From NCBI RefSeq assembly GCF_037042905.1, contig NC_087251.1:29328001-29392000 (forward strand): a DNA stretch of 64,000 nucleotides, in the 5' to 3' direction. The position numbers were made by a program, and so were the translations under genes. Positions 26,601 to 39,500 of the stretch are shown in pieces. Under the pieces are notes generated by a model. The model saw only the letters and a list, made by a program, of their open reading frames with translations. It was not told where the DNA came from and searched no databases. This DNA comes from Lytechinus pictus. Its lineage: Eukaryota. Each line of letters starts with the position of its first letter. Within the stretch, counting starts at the first letter, position 1.

Positions 26601-27584
26601 AGTCAGTGTATTCCATGCCAAGCAACGAGCAATTCTACAACGCGTGAGCCAATACAAATGTCAACACTTCCAACCCACCCATGGAAGGAAGTCAGCATTG
26701 ACTTCTCTGATCTTCCAACTGGAGAGCATTTGCTTGTCATTATTGATGATTATAGTCGATTTCCAGTAGTTGAAATTCTTACGTCTGTTTCGAGCAAAGC
26801 TGTTATTCCTCACTTGGATCGCGTTTTCGCAATATTCGGTGTTCCAGAAGTAGTCCGCACAGATAATGGACCACCTTTCAATAGTGAATATTTCAGCATG
26901 TTTGCGCAATACCTCGGATTCCGCCATCGCAGAGTTACTCCACGATGGCCACAAGCCAACGGAGAAGTTGAGCGTTTCATGAGAGTCCTAAAGAAGGTGA
27001 TTCGCACATCCACTGCAGAGCGTAAATCTTGGAAACAAGAGCTGTACACGTTTCTAAGAAATTACCGAGCTACTCCACATAGCACATCTGGCATACCACC
27101 AGCAACGGTCATGTTCCAACGTCCAATCCGCACTCGCCTACCTGAACCGCAATCGCACGTGGAAAACGACGGTCCAATTCGCAATCGCGATAAGTCTATG
27201 AAGGAGAAGCAAAAAGCAAACGCAGAAAAGCATCAGAGAATCAGTGAATCAAAAATCAAAGTTGGTGATTATGTCCTTGTCAAGCGTGATGGGCATATTG
27301 GTAAATACACCACTCCTTTTGATACCAGACCATTGAAGGTCGTAGCGATAAAAGGTTCGCAAATCGTTGCATCTCGTGGCTCATACCGCGTAACGCGAAA
27401 TTCATCATGCTTCAAAGTCCTGAAAGGTCGACATGACACTTGTGTGGCAACAGGTGATTACGACGATGTGCTATTGCCACAAATAGCAAACCCCCATCCT
27501 CAAAACCAATCTCCTATGGTAGCACGAAGAAATCCCATTCGCGTTCGTGCTCCTCCACGATATCTGAATGACTATTATACTTGA
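23640..27584 (+). CDS. Single Gag-Pol polyprotein (1314 aa from ATG 23640): Gag with 2 zinc knuckles, aspartic protease, RT, RNase H, integrase
   Basis: CRNCGDKYPHSDQC and CSFCKKPNHFAKMC; VIDTGA; RLCVDMR, KLDLNAGYHQ, ISDD; VDAS...EREALA...TDHKPL; HQGH...CIPC; SIDF...TDNG...NGEVER. PR-RT-RH-IN order indicates Gypsy. Confidence 0.97.
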   Translation: MATFTIPPPVPLEIDSTNLATSFKKFKQAFGNFELATGIASRDDSLRVATLLAVIGQPAVDLYNTFTWDTAADSKVFQKVLDKYEEHCKGHANTTYERYIFNTRVQREGESFESFVTSLKSLAETCEFELLTESLIRDRIILGMRNSNIRQRLLREAKLTLEQTVTIVRAAEAATAHASEISKSAATTSDVHYVNRHQPNRKPKGKLHQQSKSKVCRNCGDKYPHSDQCPAQGKTCSFCKKPNHFAKMCRSKLKQAEVNVMDQMSQQPSSQPQLAQDSTSEDYLFALGSSDESNQLLRVSVLINNVMTFVVIDTGASVNIMSKETFNTISQQELLLEPTDRQVYAFGANSPIDVLGKISLPVRHKTQTQTAVFFVTEHNGPTLLRLNTAKKLQMIAVTYNVHAAPSIIDEFSDRFSGLGKLTGVTCKLHVNPSVTPVTQPHRRIPFHVRRSVEAELKHLQDLDIIEPVHQEPTPWVSPIRVVPKPKQPGKIRLCVDMRAVNKAIERERHVTPTIDDILAHLNGATVFTKLDLNAGYHQIELDQASRYLTVFSTHVGLYQYKRLNFGVNSGAEQFQNLIQSALAGLQGVINISDDILVYAKNEQEHNERLMRCMQRLREKNLTLNRDKCEFNKSSVEFFGHIFSSSGISPSPTKVKSLIEAAPPSNREEVRSFLGLANYCARFIPNLASLSEPLRDLTRQSVPWSWEERHTNSFNNIKHAIAQHCHMAYFDSRRQSTVIVDASPVGLCAMLVQGDDRSNSIVALASRSLTSVEKRYSQTEREALAVTWGITHFHLYLYGSKFKVITDHKPLVPLFNRSHSSPPARIERWMLHLQQYEFVLEYQPGATNPADYLSRHPSSSTLTVEPNAEEHINFIIENAVPKSISMDEIVEATTSDPVLQACIKAIEENSWHSVAQELQCFKNVKNELSVAKDGKVLLRDHRIVIPSMLRDRIITIAHQGHQGVVRTKQLIREKVWFPGIDKRVEDKISQCIPCQATSNSTTREPIQMSTLPTHPWKEVSIDFSDLPTGEHLLVIIDDYSRFPVVEILTSVSSKAVIPHLDRVFAIFGVPEVVRTDNGPPFNSEYFSMFAQYLGFRHRRVTPRWPQANGEVERFMRVLKKVIRTSTAERKSWKQELYTFLRNYRATPHSTSGIPPATVMFQRPIRTRLPEPQSHVENDGPIRNRDKSMKEKQKANAEKHQRISESKIKVGDYVLVKRDGHIGKYTTPFDTRPLKVVAIKGSQIVASRGSYRVTRNSSCFKVLKGRHDTCVATGDYDDVLLPQIANPHPQNQSPMVARRNPIRVRAPPRYLNDYYT

Positions 27585-28898
27585 CTGTATCACAATTAAT
27601 ATCGTGTTTATTACATGTACCTGTATACTTGATGATTGCAGTCCCTCATTTTATTCAATGTTATCATCTTGGCCTTATATCTCATGTTGCGATGCAAGTT
27701 TAATGTTACTAATATGTGATCATATCAATATGCATAATTTGTACATGCACCGCATGCAAGATTCATTACGATCAACCAGCATTGTTTCAGTAAAATGCAG
27801 AATCCAATATCTGAAGTTATTGTTAGAATGCCAAAACAAATAGACCTATTTCAAAGAGCAACAGTTTAGCAACTGAGTTTGTTGGCACATGTACATGCAT
27901 ACAATATGCCTTATTTGTTGTATAAAAAAAAAAAAAAAAAAAAAAAAAATCTGTTTAAATTTCAAGTTTAGTACAAACATATGTGAAAGAAAACTTAATT
28001 CTATGTGTTATGGAGAAAGATATTATTTCCTATGTCAACATGTACATGTAACAGGTTGAATTATGTGCATCATTTGTATTATATGCAAGATGAAACATGT
28101 ATTTAGTAATAGTTGGAAATTGAATAGTAGACACACACGCTCACATAAGATTGTTGGTATATCATGTTTTGTGCTAAAGGAAGTAATATCTAAATCTATA
28201 TGTATATGAACATGATACCACTCTTTATGATTATTTTGGAATTTAGTCATGTGCTATTATTAGTGTCAAGGAAAAGACATGTGCTAACAGTGTTATTTGC
28301 GTTAGTGTCAAGAGTCAAAAGACATTATTTGATGTATACTGTAAGAGAAAAGTCTCTCTGCATTAAATTTAAACAAGCAAAATTTGATTTGTAGTATAGT
28401 TTAAAACAGGTCAGATAGTTTGTTGTTAGCTTAGTTTGAAATGAATAACAAAGTTTGTTTTGACATTTGTAGTTAGTATGTTTGATACAAAACTATTTTG
28501 TGTTCACACGTTCCACGCATTTTGTTTCTACAGTAAAATTGAAACACACAGTATATGAAAGTATGAAGTTTTAAATACATACATGTAGCATCATTAAGAG
28601 AAACAATGACAAACAACTCACTACATGTATTATTCATTTCGTGTATGCAAATGATAGCATTATTTTTATCAAGTCACACATCTTATCATATAGTCAAGTG
28701 ATACAGATTTATCAAACAATCAATTTCTGTTTTTGTTTATGTTCTGGTTTACTTATATAGTCATGCATGCAATAGCTTAGTAGCTAACAAGTTAATAAGC
28801 TAACCAAACAGTACTTGCACAACGTTAATGTTTCTCTTGTGTTAAAGAGCAAAATCACATATTTGTGTTGTTGAGTTCAATCCGCAAGATAGGAGGAT

Positions 28899-29056
28899 TG
28901 TAGTGTCGTAGCATGTACACACTTGGCGTTCCATAGTTTGAACGGGATTAACTTACCGAACATGTCAGTTAATTATGTTATGATTAAAGTATTGCTGTGA
29001 ACATTATGAATGATGCCTTAGGCCTATTAACTGTTTGTCCTGTTGACTACTTTACA
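28899..29056 (+). repeat. 3' LTR (158 bp), preceded by a purine-rich PPT (AAGATAGGAGGA)
   Basis: Direct repeat of 23466-23623. Confidence 0.95.
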
Positions 29057-30571
29057 CTCACATGACTCATTAAACTTTTTTTTTAAATTTTTACCTCCTG
29101 CCACTGTCACATCTGCTATCCCTATACAATCTCGAACTTTACCATTTTCCTCTATCGTTTGACCTCTTGTCCCTTGTCATTTTTCCCTTGCTGCATATAT
29201 TGCTACCTCTGCCATTTTATCCCTGTCATTTTTACCTGGATACCGTAAATGGGAAATAAGAGGTATTGGGGGTATCCTATAGATAACCAAGCACCTTTTG
29301 TAGGTGGGAATAGTTGTACAGCAAATACATGCTTCAAAAGGGGAAGGTATAAACTTATACTGTGAACTATTGGTTAGAGCATTGGACTCATGATCGTATA
29401 AGGTTATGAGTTCGAATAACCGCTCTGCATTTGTTTCCACTTTGATAAAAGGGTCTTGAGAGTAATTTCTGTCGTCTATAGGGCCTATTTATGCGGCCGT
29501 AAAATATTTTGTATGCAATTAGTTATAAACCAGCTTGGCGTTATATACCAGCAAAACGCTATCCAACTGAGTTACTATGAATGGAGTTACCATAACAGAA
29601 GATACTTCCAAATATCTTTATTTGAAACGAGTTAGACTTATGCCGTATTATACAATATCAACAATTGCATTATAATTCTATTCTAAATAATGTCTGTAGT
29701 ACGTCAAATAATGGTAACATTTTCTTTATGTCATTTCTTTCTTGATATATACTTTTACTTTTAGTTAGATACAGAAGTTTTCATGACGGCGTATTTTCGT
29801 GCTGACCAGCATGACATGCGGAGTGGCTTACTGCGATGCATTGCAGATCAAAATGTTTGTCAATAAATATCTGTCTTTGACCTATACAAATTAGTAGACT
29901 ATATAAGGGAGATAACGACCGATTTAGACAATTGAAGATGGAAAAACTGAAGGTTGAAATTATATTTTTAGCACTTTACGGCTGGAATATAGGACGCGTA
30001 AGAATACCTACATATGTACTATATACATTTGTTTTAAATTATTTTCAGTTTTTGGGGAAGGGGGCATGCCCCATACTTCCTATGCCTTGGTGGTGCCCCG
30101 GGGTGGTGCCGCCACTGCACTGACAATATCTAGGGTTTGTTAGTGGGATGGGGTCTGTGTCACCACCAAATCCACCTTTGCTAAGGCCCTAAATTTGCCC
30201 CTGCCCCTCCAAAAAAAATATAAAAAAGCTACGGGTAAAATAGAAACAAAAATCAATATTTTTGTGGGATAAGTTTGGGTTTTGCAGAAAAAGGGATACA
30301 TTTATTTCAGTCTGTACAAGGCATGTAAATTTAGATTTTTCTCTTCTCAGTGGTCTCTATATGCAGATAAAAACATATTTCTTCGAGTGGTCCCAGTGCC
30401 CAGTAGTGTCCCTGTATACAGGGACACTAGTGCCCAGTTTTGCATGCTGCCACCTACGGTACGATAGGGTAATCTTGTCAGCTGATCAACAACAGTACAC
30501 TTACTGACTTAGTTCGACGGTAACGTCATATTTTTGGAGTTAGGCTTACAAATCAACTTTAAATTTGGATA

Positions 30572-30582
30572 ATGGAAGATAG
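30572..30582 (+). CDS. SLC29A: ENT coding exon 1 (MED + AG)
   Basis: ataATGGAAGATAG|gtgagt beside a CpG-rich patch. Phase 2 matches the next exon. Confidence 0.65.
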
Positions 30583-33500
30583 GTGAGTGATTTTAGCATT
30601 GTGCAATATGCCCTGCTAACGTATGTTAAAATGAATACAATAAATGTTTTAACCTAGTAACTTTGTTCTCATTTATTTTGACTGACGGCCTTGCTCTGGC
30701 AACCCGGCCTTGGCTAGCTTGTTCCCCCGGCCTCCCCGGCGGGCTACTAGCCATTATTCGGGTATTGACCAGGAGCAGCTGGAGAGCCGTGTGTAGCCAT
30801 AACAATTGTCAATGATCATGACATGAGAAGCCAGGGGCCTGTTTCATGACAAGATGAGCAATACATAGGAACGTCCTAGAACCATTCTTCCGAGATAGGT
30901 TAGGAAGAATGGCGACAAATCAGCGCTTTCCATTTCATGAAGGCAATTTTGTCTTCCCTTCGAAGTCCGCGACATCGTTTGATATCGATAGTGTCGGAAA
31001 AATATTTAGTCTTCATCGTTACCTGAACCTTTCACTTGGAATGACGACTTTTCATAAAAATCATAAATTTCTTAAATAAATGGAGATCAAATAATTTTTT
31101 ATTCATTACTGATTATAGAATTGATGTATGGAGATTACTTTATGAGGTAAAAATAGAAAAAAAACACTTTAAAGATTCACAAACATAACTGGATATAATC
31201 GAAATTTTCATTATTTCTCTTATCTAAGTAAGAGTAAAATTGAAGTAAATAGGCCTATTTGTTAACTATAATACAACGTACTTAATATTCATCTTTATAT
31301 TTTTCAAATATGATCTCAAGGTGATTTTTATTTACATGCTATTTTCATTCTCCGTTCTTAAACTTTATACAACCAATATGTCAAAACATGATTTTCAATT
31401 GTGAACTGGTTATTCAGGGAATTGTATTATGGGTAATCTGAATTGTCAGCTCATTTAAAAAGATTGTAACGTGGTGAAGATTTAGGTGGTGATATTTACG
31501 ATAGACTTGGTGCTCAGCTCAGGATCTGGATTTATACGATGCAGGGCCCTCCTGGGCATAAACACATCGGGGCATTTTCACCACAGATGGACACAGGGGC
31601 AAAAAAATCAAATTGATATTTATGTCAAATGCTTTATGTTTCTTGATAATACAAGACCTGAAGTTTCTGGGACAATTTTTTTTTCTGACTCTGGCAGCCA
31701 TTTTTTTTTCAAAATGGTCGCCAAAGTATTGATACAAATTAGAGTTGAAAATGGTAAATTGATACATATTTTGTTTTGATAGAATTTTAAAGAACAGGTT
31801 TGATTATGATGTTTTCCCCTGTGATTTAGCTTGCTATTATAACACTTTATAAAATCCCATAGAAAGAAACACCAGTAATTCATAATATCTGATAAAAAAA
31901 TATTGATGAAGTATGTAATATGGTATGTAACGTCAGTTACCAAGAACGTGAACTTTTTTTTCTCATTTCCCAGAAAAGAGGATATATTATATGAAACTTG
32001 GTAGATTTCCTCCGTAGGTAACACCCTTTCCTTCTACACCGAAATTAAAAAATGATAAATTAACAATCAAGCCATAGGGTACCATTAAATATGTGTAACG
32101 TCAGTTACCAAGTGGAAAATGTAATGTCAGTTACCGAGATGTAATGTCAGTTACCATGATAAGATGTTGGTTACCAATAGTGAAATGCAAATATGGTCAA
32201 TTTTATGGTGAAGATATATTGTATACTTGTTATTTAAGTCTTTCACTTAGTTAAATCACACCAGAAGGAGCTTGCCATTGACTTTTAAAAGGTATAGTTC
32301 ACAAGGAATACTATATAAAATTATGAAGGGAGTTGCATTCCCATCATGCAAAAAATATACAGTGATTTTTTTGTATATGTACATGTACTTACCCTGTACC
32401 TAATTGTTTGTATCAGACAAAAAAATATATAATTTGGGTTTTTTTTTGGGGGAGGGGGTAATTTTCCCAACCTTTTGCATAAATCTGCAACATTTGATAA
32501 GCTTAACATTGCGATGAATGGGGGTTTCCAGGGCCCCTTTTTTAGTTCCTATTCTTTTGAGCATTGCCAGGCTTTAAGTAAATTCCTGGTTTTTTTTTTT
32601 GGTTTACAAGTGTAGATGAAAAGTGAAATTTGACAGTTCTGATCATATGGATCTACTAAAACTGTGTCTTTTTTCTAATTTACAAATAGTTCAATTTCAG
32701 TTTAGAAGCTGGAGTTTCTTTTTGTTGACGGCTTAAAAAAGAAATTAGCAAAGAGAATGATTAAACAAATTATGATGAAAACTGAAATCCGACAGATATG
32801 AAAAAGCATTGCTTGCACTGACCAGAATAGAAATCAATAAAACTGCATGGCTGCATGAGATTCGGGGGAGGGGTAGCCTAGGGGAGGAGACCCTTATTCA
32901 TTTTGCCTTTTTTGAGGGGAGGGGGAGGTTGGAGAAGCAAAAGGTTTTAAAAGTCAATATAAAACTGATGAATATATGTAAATGCCTGTATAGTCAGAAA
33001 AATCCATATGTACAGTCAATGCAATATCAAATTACTATAGGAATACATGTAGCTGCTATGACCCCCCCCCCCCTCAAGTAAGTAAAACATACATTTCCTA
33101 TCTTTTGATAATTTAAAATGTGAAATATCATGAAACTTTTATGATTTAAAAAAAGCCTTAGGATATAAGTACCAAGAAAATTATGCCTTTGAAAATCATT
33201 TAGCACTGGTATGTTAATGTGTAATGTCAGTTACTGACAAGTAATAATAAAAATGTTCAAATCAAAGAAAAGGAATTAAGAAAAAGAAAAAGTTTTTTCA
33301 TTGAAATGTTCCTGGAAACTCAGGTATACCTCCACATCAAGCTCACTTTCATGTGAAGCCCTGCACAGAAGATACTATGCAATGATTCCACACATTTGAC
33401 TTTCATGTGTTATCTCTATGGCAAATTAAGTGTAACGTCAGTTACCGTAATGTCAGTTACCGGCATGGTCGTGGAAAAATTATCATAGCCCCCAAAAGAC

Positions 33501-36500
33501 AAAAACAAATTATTTGATATTTTGACACATCTTAACCTAGTAATGGAGCTATATTTACAAATTCAAATTATTACTCTATCTACTCAGGGACAGGAGATAT
33601 TTCAATTTTACTGAACACCCTGAAATTGCATGTCCTTTTTGCGTTATGTCAGTTACCGACAAATTTTTGCTTGCTGATGCGTAAAAAATGTGGTTACATA
33701 GAAAAACTTAGTATCAGAGTGTACAGCAAGGTTCACTTTATTAACTCTATCAAAAGCAAACTCCCATCATTTGTTGTTTTAGAGATACACACAATGAAAG
33801 GTGTGAAAAATTGTGCCATGTAACGTCAGTTACCGTGAAAATGCCCATCGGGTACTTGACCTGAATTTTGCCGGGACCAGCAGGTGCAATACACCAGGTG
33901 AACACCCTACTTTGACGAAAAGTTTATTGGTTTTAACGTGCATAGGTTGTGACTCTCCTATACACGGGACCAACATTTGCGTCCTTTCCGATGGACGGAG
34001 TGTTTTCCAACTGCATTCACACTTGCACTGAATACAGTGGAGGTATCACAGCTTGCTGTGTGTGGGGGCGATTAAAGTAATCAAACTTGTTCAAGCGACA
34101 GTCTGATCGTCATGATGGTTCACTTGATTGAGGAATATATATATGATATGATAAATTCATAATTTATCATATCATTTTATTCATGAAATTTTGCTTTGAA
34201 CATTGAAATCTTAACCAAGGTTAAGTTTTTGAAATGTCATCATAACTTATAACTTATAGTATATGGACCTAGTTCATGAAACTTGGACATAAGGGTAATC
34301 AAGTATTACTTAACATCCTGCCTGAGTTTCAGGTAACATGATCAAGGTCAAAGGTCTCTAGGGTCAATGAACTTAGACCATGTTTGGGGAATCAATATCA
34401 AAATCTTTATATCCAAGGTTAAGTTTTTGAAATGTTGTCATAACTTCTAAAGTATATGGACCTAGTTCATAAAACTTACACATAAGGGTAATAATGTATC
34501 ACTAAAGATCCTGCCTGAGTTTCAGGTCACATGACCAAGGTCAAAGGTCACTTAGGGTCAATGAACTTTGGCCATGTTGGGGTTATTTGAGGAATTGTCA
34601 TAACTTAAATTTTATGGATCTAGTTCATGAAATCTGGACATAAGAGCAGCAATGTTTCCCTGAATACCCTGTCCACGTTTCAGGAACATGGCCAAGATCA
34701 AAGGTCATTTAAAGGTCAATAAACTCTGGCCGTGTTGGGAGTATGTGTTGAATTGGCATCATAACTTAAAAAGTTTATGGATCTAGCTCATGAAACATCG
34801 AGGTAATCAAGTGTGAGTGATTGTTTTGCACATGTTTTAAGTCACATGATCATGGTCAAAGATTATTTTGGGTTAATGGAAATAATATTTTATATCATAT
34901 TAGTGTTTTATTCTGTGAATAATTATTCATTAACTGTTTTTAAGGCAGCACTGCTACATCAAATTGTGTAATGCAGGCGAGACTGTCAGAGGCGTTCCAC
35001 TTGTTTTTTTTTTATGTTCTCTAGAATGTAGGTAATGACACAATCAAATGACACCCCTAGAAAAATGAAGTACATGTATGACATTTTGGACATCTCAACT
35101 AGGCCATGAAAAGACATATAAATAAGCATGTAGAGTTGCCATGTATGTGTAAGCTTATAATCAAGCTTATTATTAATTATCATTATTATTTATTATATAA
35201 ATTTTCAACAAGAGATCAACAGCTCAATGAACATAATGGGTCTCATCAGTGCATCAAGATGTGTAGTATTCTCAAGGATAAATAACCTTGATTATTGTAT
35301 TTTGTGTGTTAATATAGGAAGTGACCTCTAGTGCAGTGGTAATTGACCTTATCTTTTGCACAGGCTGTATAAATAACAATAGCTACATGTTGGCCAATTC
35401 ATACAGCCTAAAACATCTATAGCCTATCTGAGTTTGATCGTAGGCCCCCTATATACCGAAAAAATGACAAATTCTGAGAAGCTGCAATTTATTAAACTCA
35501 TTGGTTGATTTTACATAGAATGACCAGCTGCATTAAAGGCCAAGTCCACCCCAGAAAATGATGATTTGAATAAAAAGAGAAAAATCTAACAAGCATAACA
35601 CTGAAAATTTCATCAAAATTGGATGTAAAATTGGATGTGGGTGCGTCGTGGTCTAGTGGTTCTGACTTTCGCCTTTGAAACAGAGGGTCGTGGGTTCGAA
35701 TCAAAGCCATGGCGTGTTTTCCTTCAGCAAGAAATTTATCCACACTGTGCTGCACTCGACCAAGGTGAGGTGAATGGGTACCCGGCAGGAGTAATTCCTT
35801 GCACGCACTGAGCGCCAGTGATGGTAGCTCGAGCGAAAGCCGGGGTAATAATAGCAGTGCTTTGTATCCTCTGGCAAAAAGCGCTTTATAAATTCAGCTA
35901 TTATTATTATTATTATTAAAATAAGAAATTTATGACATTTTAAAGTTTTGCTTAATTTCACTTAACAGTTATGCACATCCTGGTCAGTATGAAAATGAGG
36001 AAACTGATGTCATCCACTCACTATTTCTTTTGTATTCTATTATATGAAGTATGAAATTTTCAAATTTTCTCATCATTAATACATGTAAATAAAGTTAAAC
36101 AACTATTATTCCCTCCTTTAACATGTGGAATTGGCATTGTTTAATTATATGGTTCAGTCAAGTTGGTTCTTATTGTCAAATCTGTAGAAAATGAAATATT
36201 GTATAATTCAAACAATAAAAAACAAAATAAATAGTGAGTGAGGGACATCATCGACTGTCTCATTTTCATATCACTGAGTTGTGCATATCACTGTTTTGTG
36301 AAAAATAAGCGAAACTTTAAAATGTCATAATTTTCTTATTTTACACCCGATTTTGATGAAATTTTCAACGTTATGCTTGTTTGATTTTTCTCTATTTATT
36401 CAAATCAACGTTTTTCTGGAGTGGACTTGTCCTTTAAGTTTCAGATCATCAACAACAGGGTGAGGAAAAAAAAAATTGAATTTGATAGGTACACTGCAAT

Positions 36501-39500
36501 TTAAGTAAAAACTCAGTGAAAATTGGCTATCAAATGACCATTACCAGATAAAATAAAATCATGTAGAAAATACAACAAAGATATGTGTTTTGAAAAATTT
36601 GAATAAGAAATACCTTAAAAATGCATAAAACTCTTGATTCATTGTTATACTATTTTCATGGTTTAACTTTTGTTTGATAGCAGCAACCAAAAAATTACAC
36701 GGGGGCGGCGGGCGAATTCGCCCCGGAAAGTCCAAAAAGAGCCCCGGAAAAGGGCTAAAAACATTCACACAAGGGCGACTGCAAAACTCATAATCGCCCC
36801 CGTCAACTAGGCTTGGGAGCCAGCTAGCGCCGGGTAATCGAGTCTACCCGATTCTCTATGCCAGAGTCGGGGAGTCGACCCTGATCTCTGGAGACTCGAG
36901 TACCAAGCGGCGGCGGTTCTGAGATAAAGGGACTCAAGTCTTTGCCATGCTCTCTCATTCATGGACGAAAATCGGCCCCAGCGCCGACTCCAAGCACTGA
37001 GATAAAATAAATGTAGAATTTGGAGCCGAGGAGTCATATACTTCGAGCAGAACGTTTCTCTGCTTGTGTGCTTTAGGCTCAGTGTGACTGCATGTGGTAT
37101 GGGGATGCATCGTGTGCATTGTGTGTAGTGTGTATTTCTGTGTGTGTGACTGTAAAATGCCAGTAGAGACCACGTGCGCATGTGTTGAGCGACACTTGTG
37201 ATTGTATCATGAACTGGGATTTGTGTGTGGATTGTGTGAGAAGTTTGGTGAAGGTGTAAGATTTTGGGCGACTTGATAGATGATTGCTCCCCCCCTCCCA
37301 TTCATCTAGCCCCATGTCGAGCTGCAGCCACCCATCTTGATCCTTCCCCCAAAGCTTGTCTCTCCTCATTCCTTCTTTTCTTCCAAACTTTATTTCCCTA
37401 TTATTCTTGTTAATTTCTCCTTTTACAAGTTGTAATTCACTACGAACTTCATTATAATTTTAATGAAGTGTTTATCACCTCTTGTTTGTTTTTAAATATT
37501 TTTATATCTCTGTTCAAAACAAGAGTCTCGTCTATCCCTTTAAAAAAAATCATGCTTTGATTTTTTTTCTTTCATTCTAGTCTTAAATGGGAGTCTTGCC
37601 TTATTGGACTATTGGCAAGAAGTTAATAAAAAAATGATGTTATTGTTCTGTCAGTAATAAAAGTAGAGATTCAACTATGGATATTTTTCAGTCATATTTC
37701 ATTTAATCTTCGTTATTTTAATCCAAACATTCATTTTTTTTTAATGATGTATTTCACCTTTGGCCAGTTCGCCATTTTCTTAAGTGACTGAAAACGTAGA
37801 CTAGCCCCTTAATTCAGGGACATCAACCCTCGGCAATTTGTTTACATAACTTTCTTTGTCTCCGTCATGTATTGCACAATCTTGAGAAGCACATGTTTGG
37901 AAATCTGATATTCTTGTGGTGGTGGTGGGGGGGGGGGGGTACGAGATTGCCGCCCTTTTCATTCTGTTTTGGTTTGGCTGCCACATGGCCTCTCTCACTG
38001 TGTGGAGAAATTAGGTCAGGTAAAATTTGCAAAGACGTGGATAAGTTCATTTCAATTAGAGGCTAGGCATTCATGATGGATGATGGAAATTGCCAGTTTA
38101 CGTTCTGGTAGGCCTTTTTGTCATGAATTTAACAATTCAATGACCTTTATGACTTATATCATTATTTTGTATGAATAATTTTAAGTCTTTTTTAAAAAGT
38201 GTCATTTACATAACTTTCAGTCAAATATGTACGAAGGATATTTGTTCAACTTCATAACATTTGCAGGTACCTATATTGTATGATAAAATAAATTACCTCA
38301 GAATTGTACAAATTCAGAACTTTCTTTTTCTTTTACATTGTCTTTAGACACGAATACAGATCTTTCTAGATTAATTTGACAAATGGGCTATAACACTAAA
38401 TAGTAAACACGCTAAGCTCACGTCAACCAAGTATCAAACATTCAAACTTGGATTAATTCATGGAGGTTCTACCTCCATGATTTAATCTGAATAGGTCTGT
38501 ATTAGGTCCATGAATCAACTCAGATATCGTTCAAGCATCAAAATCCATCTATCATCACAACACTAAAATCATAAACGATCACTTCGAAGAAACAATGCGA
38601 AGGTCAAACCAGGGAAGTGTTATACTTCCCTGGTATATGCTAGCTACCGTGTATATATACACACACACACACACACACAAACGCAAAAAAGCCGCGAAAT
38701 AGCTCCAGAAATTGTAGCCCTGGAAAGTAGAAATTGTAGCCCTGGAAAGTGGAAAAAGAGCCCTGGAAAATGAAAAAGTAGCCCTGGAAAATTTTTAAGT
38801 TTCTCCAAAAAGAGCCCTGGAAAGAAAAAAAGTAATTTTTTGGTTGGATAGCAGGTAGCATTTTGTGGCCCACTACTACCATGTTATGTTTATTCATGGA
38901 TACATCTACAATATATACACTACATGGTTTATCTAAGGATGCCCTTTTATCATTAAGTAAAGGTATTTAGTTAACAATACAGGTCTGTTATGAGTCACAC
39001 TTTGTAAAAGGCATCATGTGACTTAATCGTAGGAAGCTTCATATGGCAGAGCTTTATGACTGGATCACCTGGATAGTCCAAAAATATTGTGCCACCATCA
39101 TTTTGCACGAATAAATCTATAGATGGAAAAGGGAGATAAGATTAATGAAAAGCTGCCCACTATTGTGTGGCCATGCACACTAGGGTTTATGGCTGTTCCA
39201 GAACAATTCCACTATCTTTTTGTACCAATACAACCTTTTTGTGGTAAAGGAAGTTGTTTACACTAAACTTATACCATGCTTCATTTGAAGGGCAGCATTG
39301 TACTGCTATGTGGGGAAACTGCTAGCATTAGGGTGTGTTTATGCTTCCATTGCGAGGATAGAATCAGCGTTTTCAAACGTTTCAAAACGCCGATCGTAAA
39401 TGTGGTTCTGGTAGTGCTGTTTATGCTTAACTTTTCAGAGGCAAAATCATGAACTCCAGCTGGCTTCGCATCGTAATTTTCGTTGAGCAGGAAAGCGAGG

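Larger units (their letters stand above)
23466..29056 (+). mobile_element. Full-length Ty3/Gypsy LTR retrotransposon (Mag-like)
   Basis: TG...CA LTRs at 23466-23623 and 28899-29056, 5-bp TSD CTCAC (23461-65, 29057-61), PBS, PPT and an intact gag-pol ORF. Confidence 0.97.

Noticed and set aside
24003..27049. Short antisense and alternate-frame ORFs within gag-pol
   Set aside because: Shadow ORFs with no recognisable motifs.
27568..28394. Possible env/ORF2 in the Gypsy 3' region
   Set aside because: Only short AT-rich ORFs (up to 91 aa) without signal peptide/TM architecture.
35638..35710. tRNA gene-like sequence (also 54335-54407 and 56300-56370)
   Set aside because: A/B boxes are present, but acceptor stems are imperfect and each runs into a SINE body and tail.
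36807..37369. 164-aa and overlapping minus-strand ORFs
   Set aside because: Inside a non-autonomous transposon, partly a TG-rich low-complexity tract, no domain recognised.
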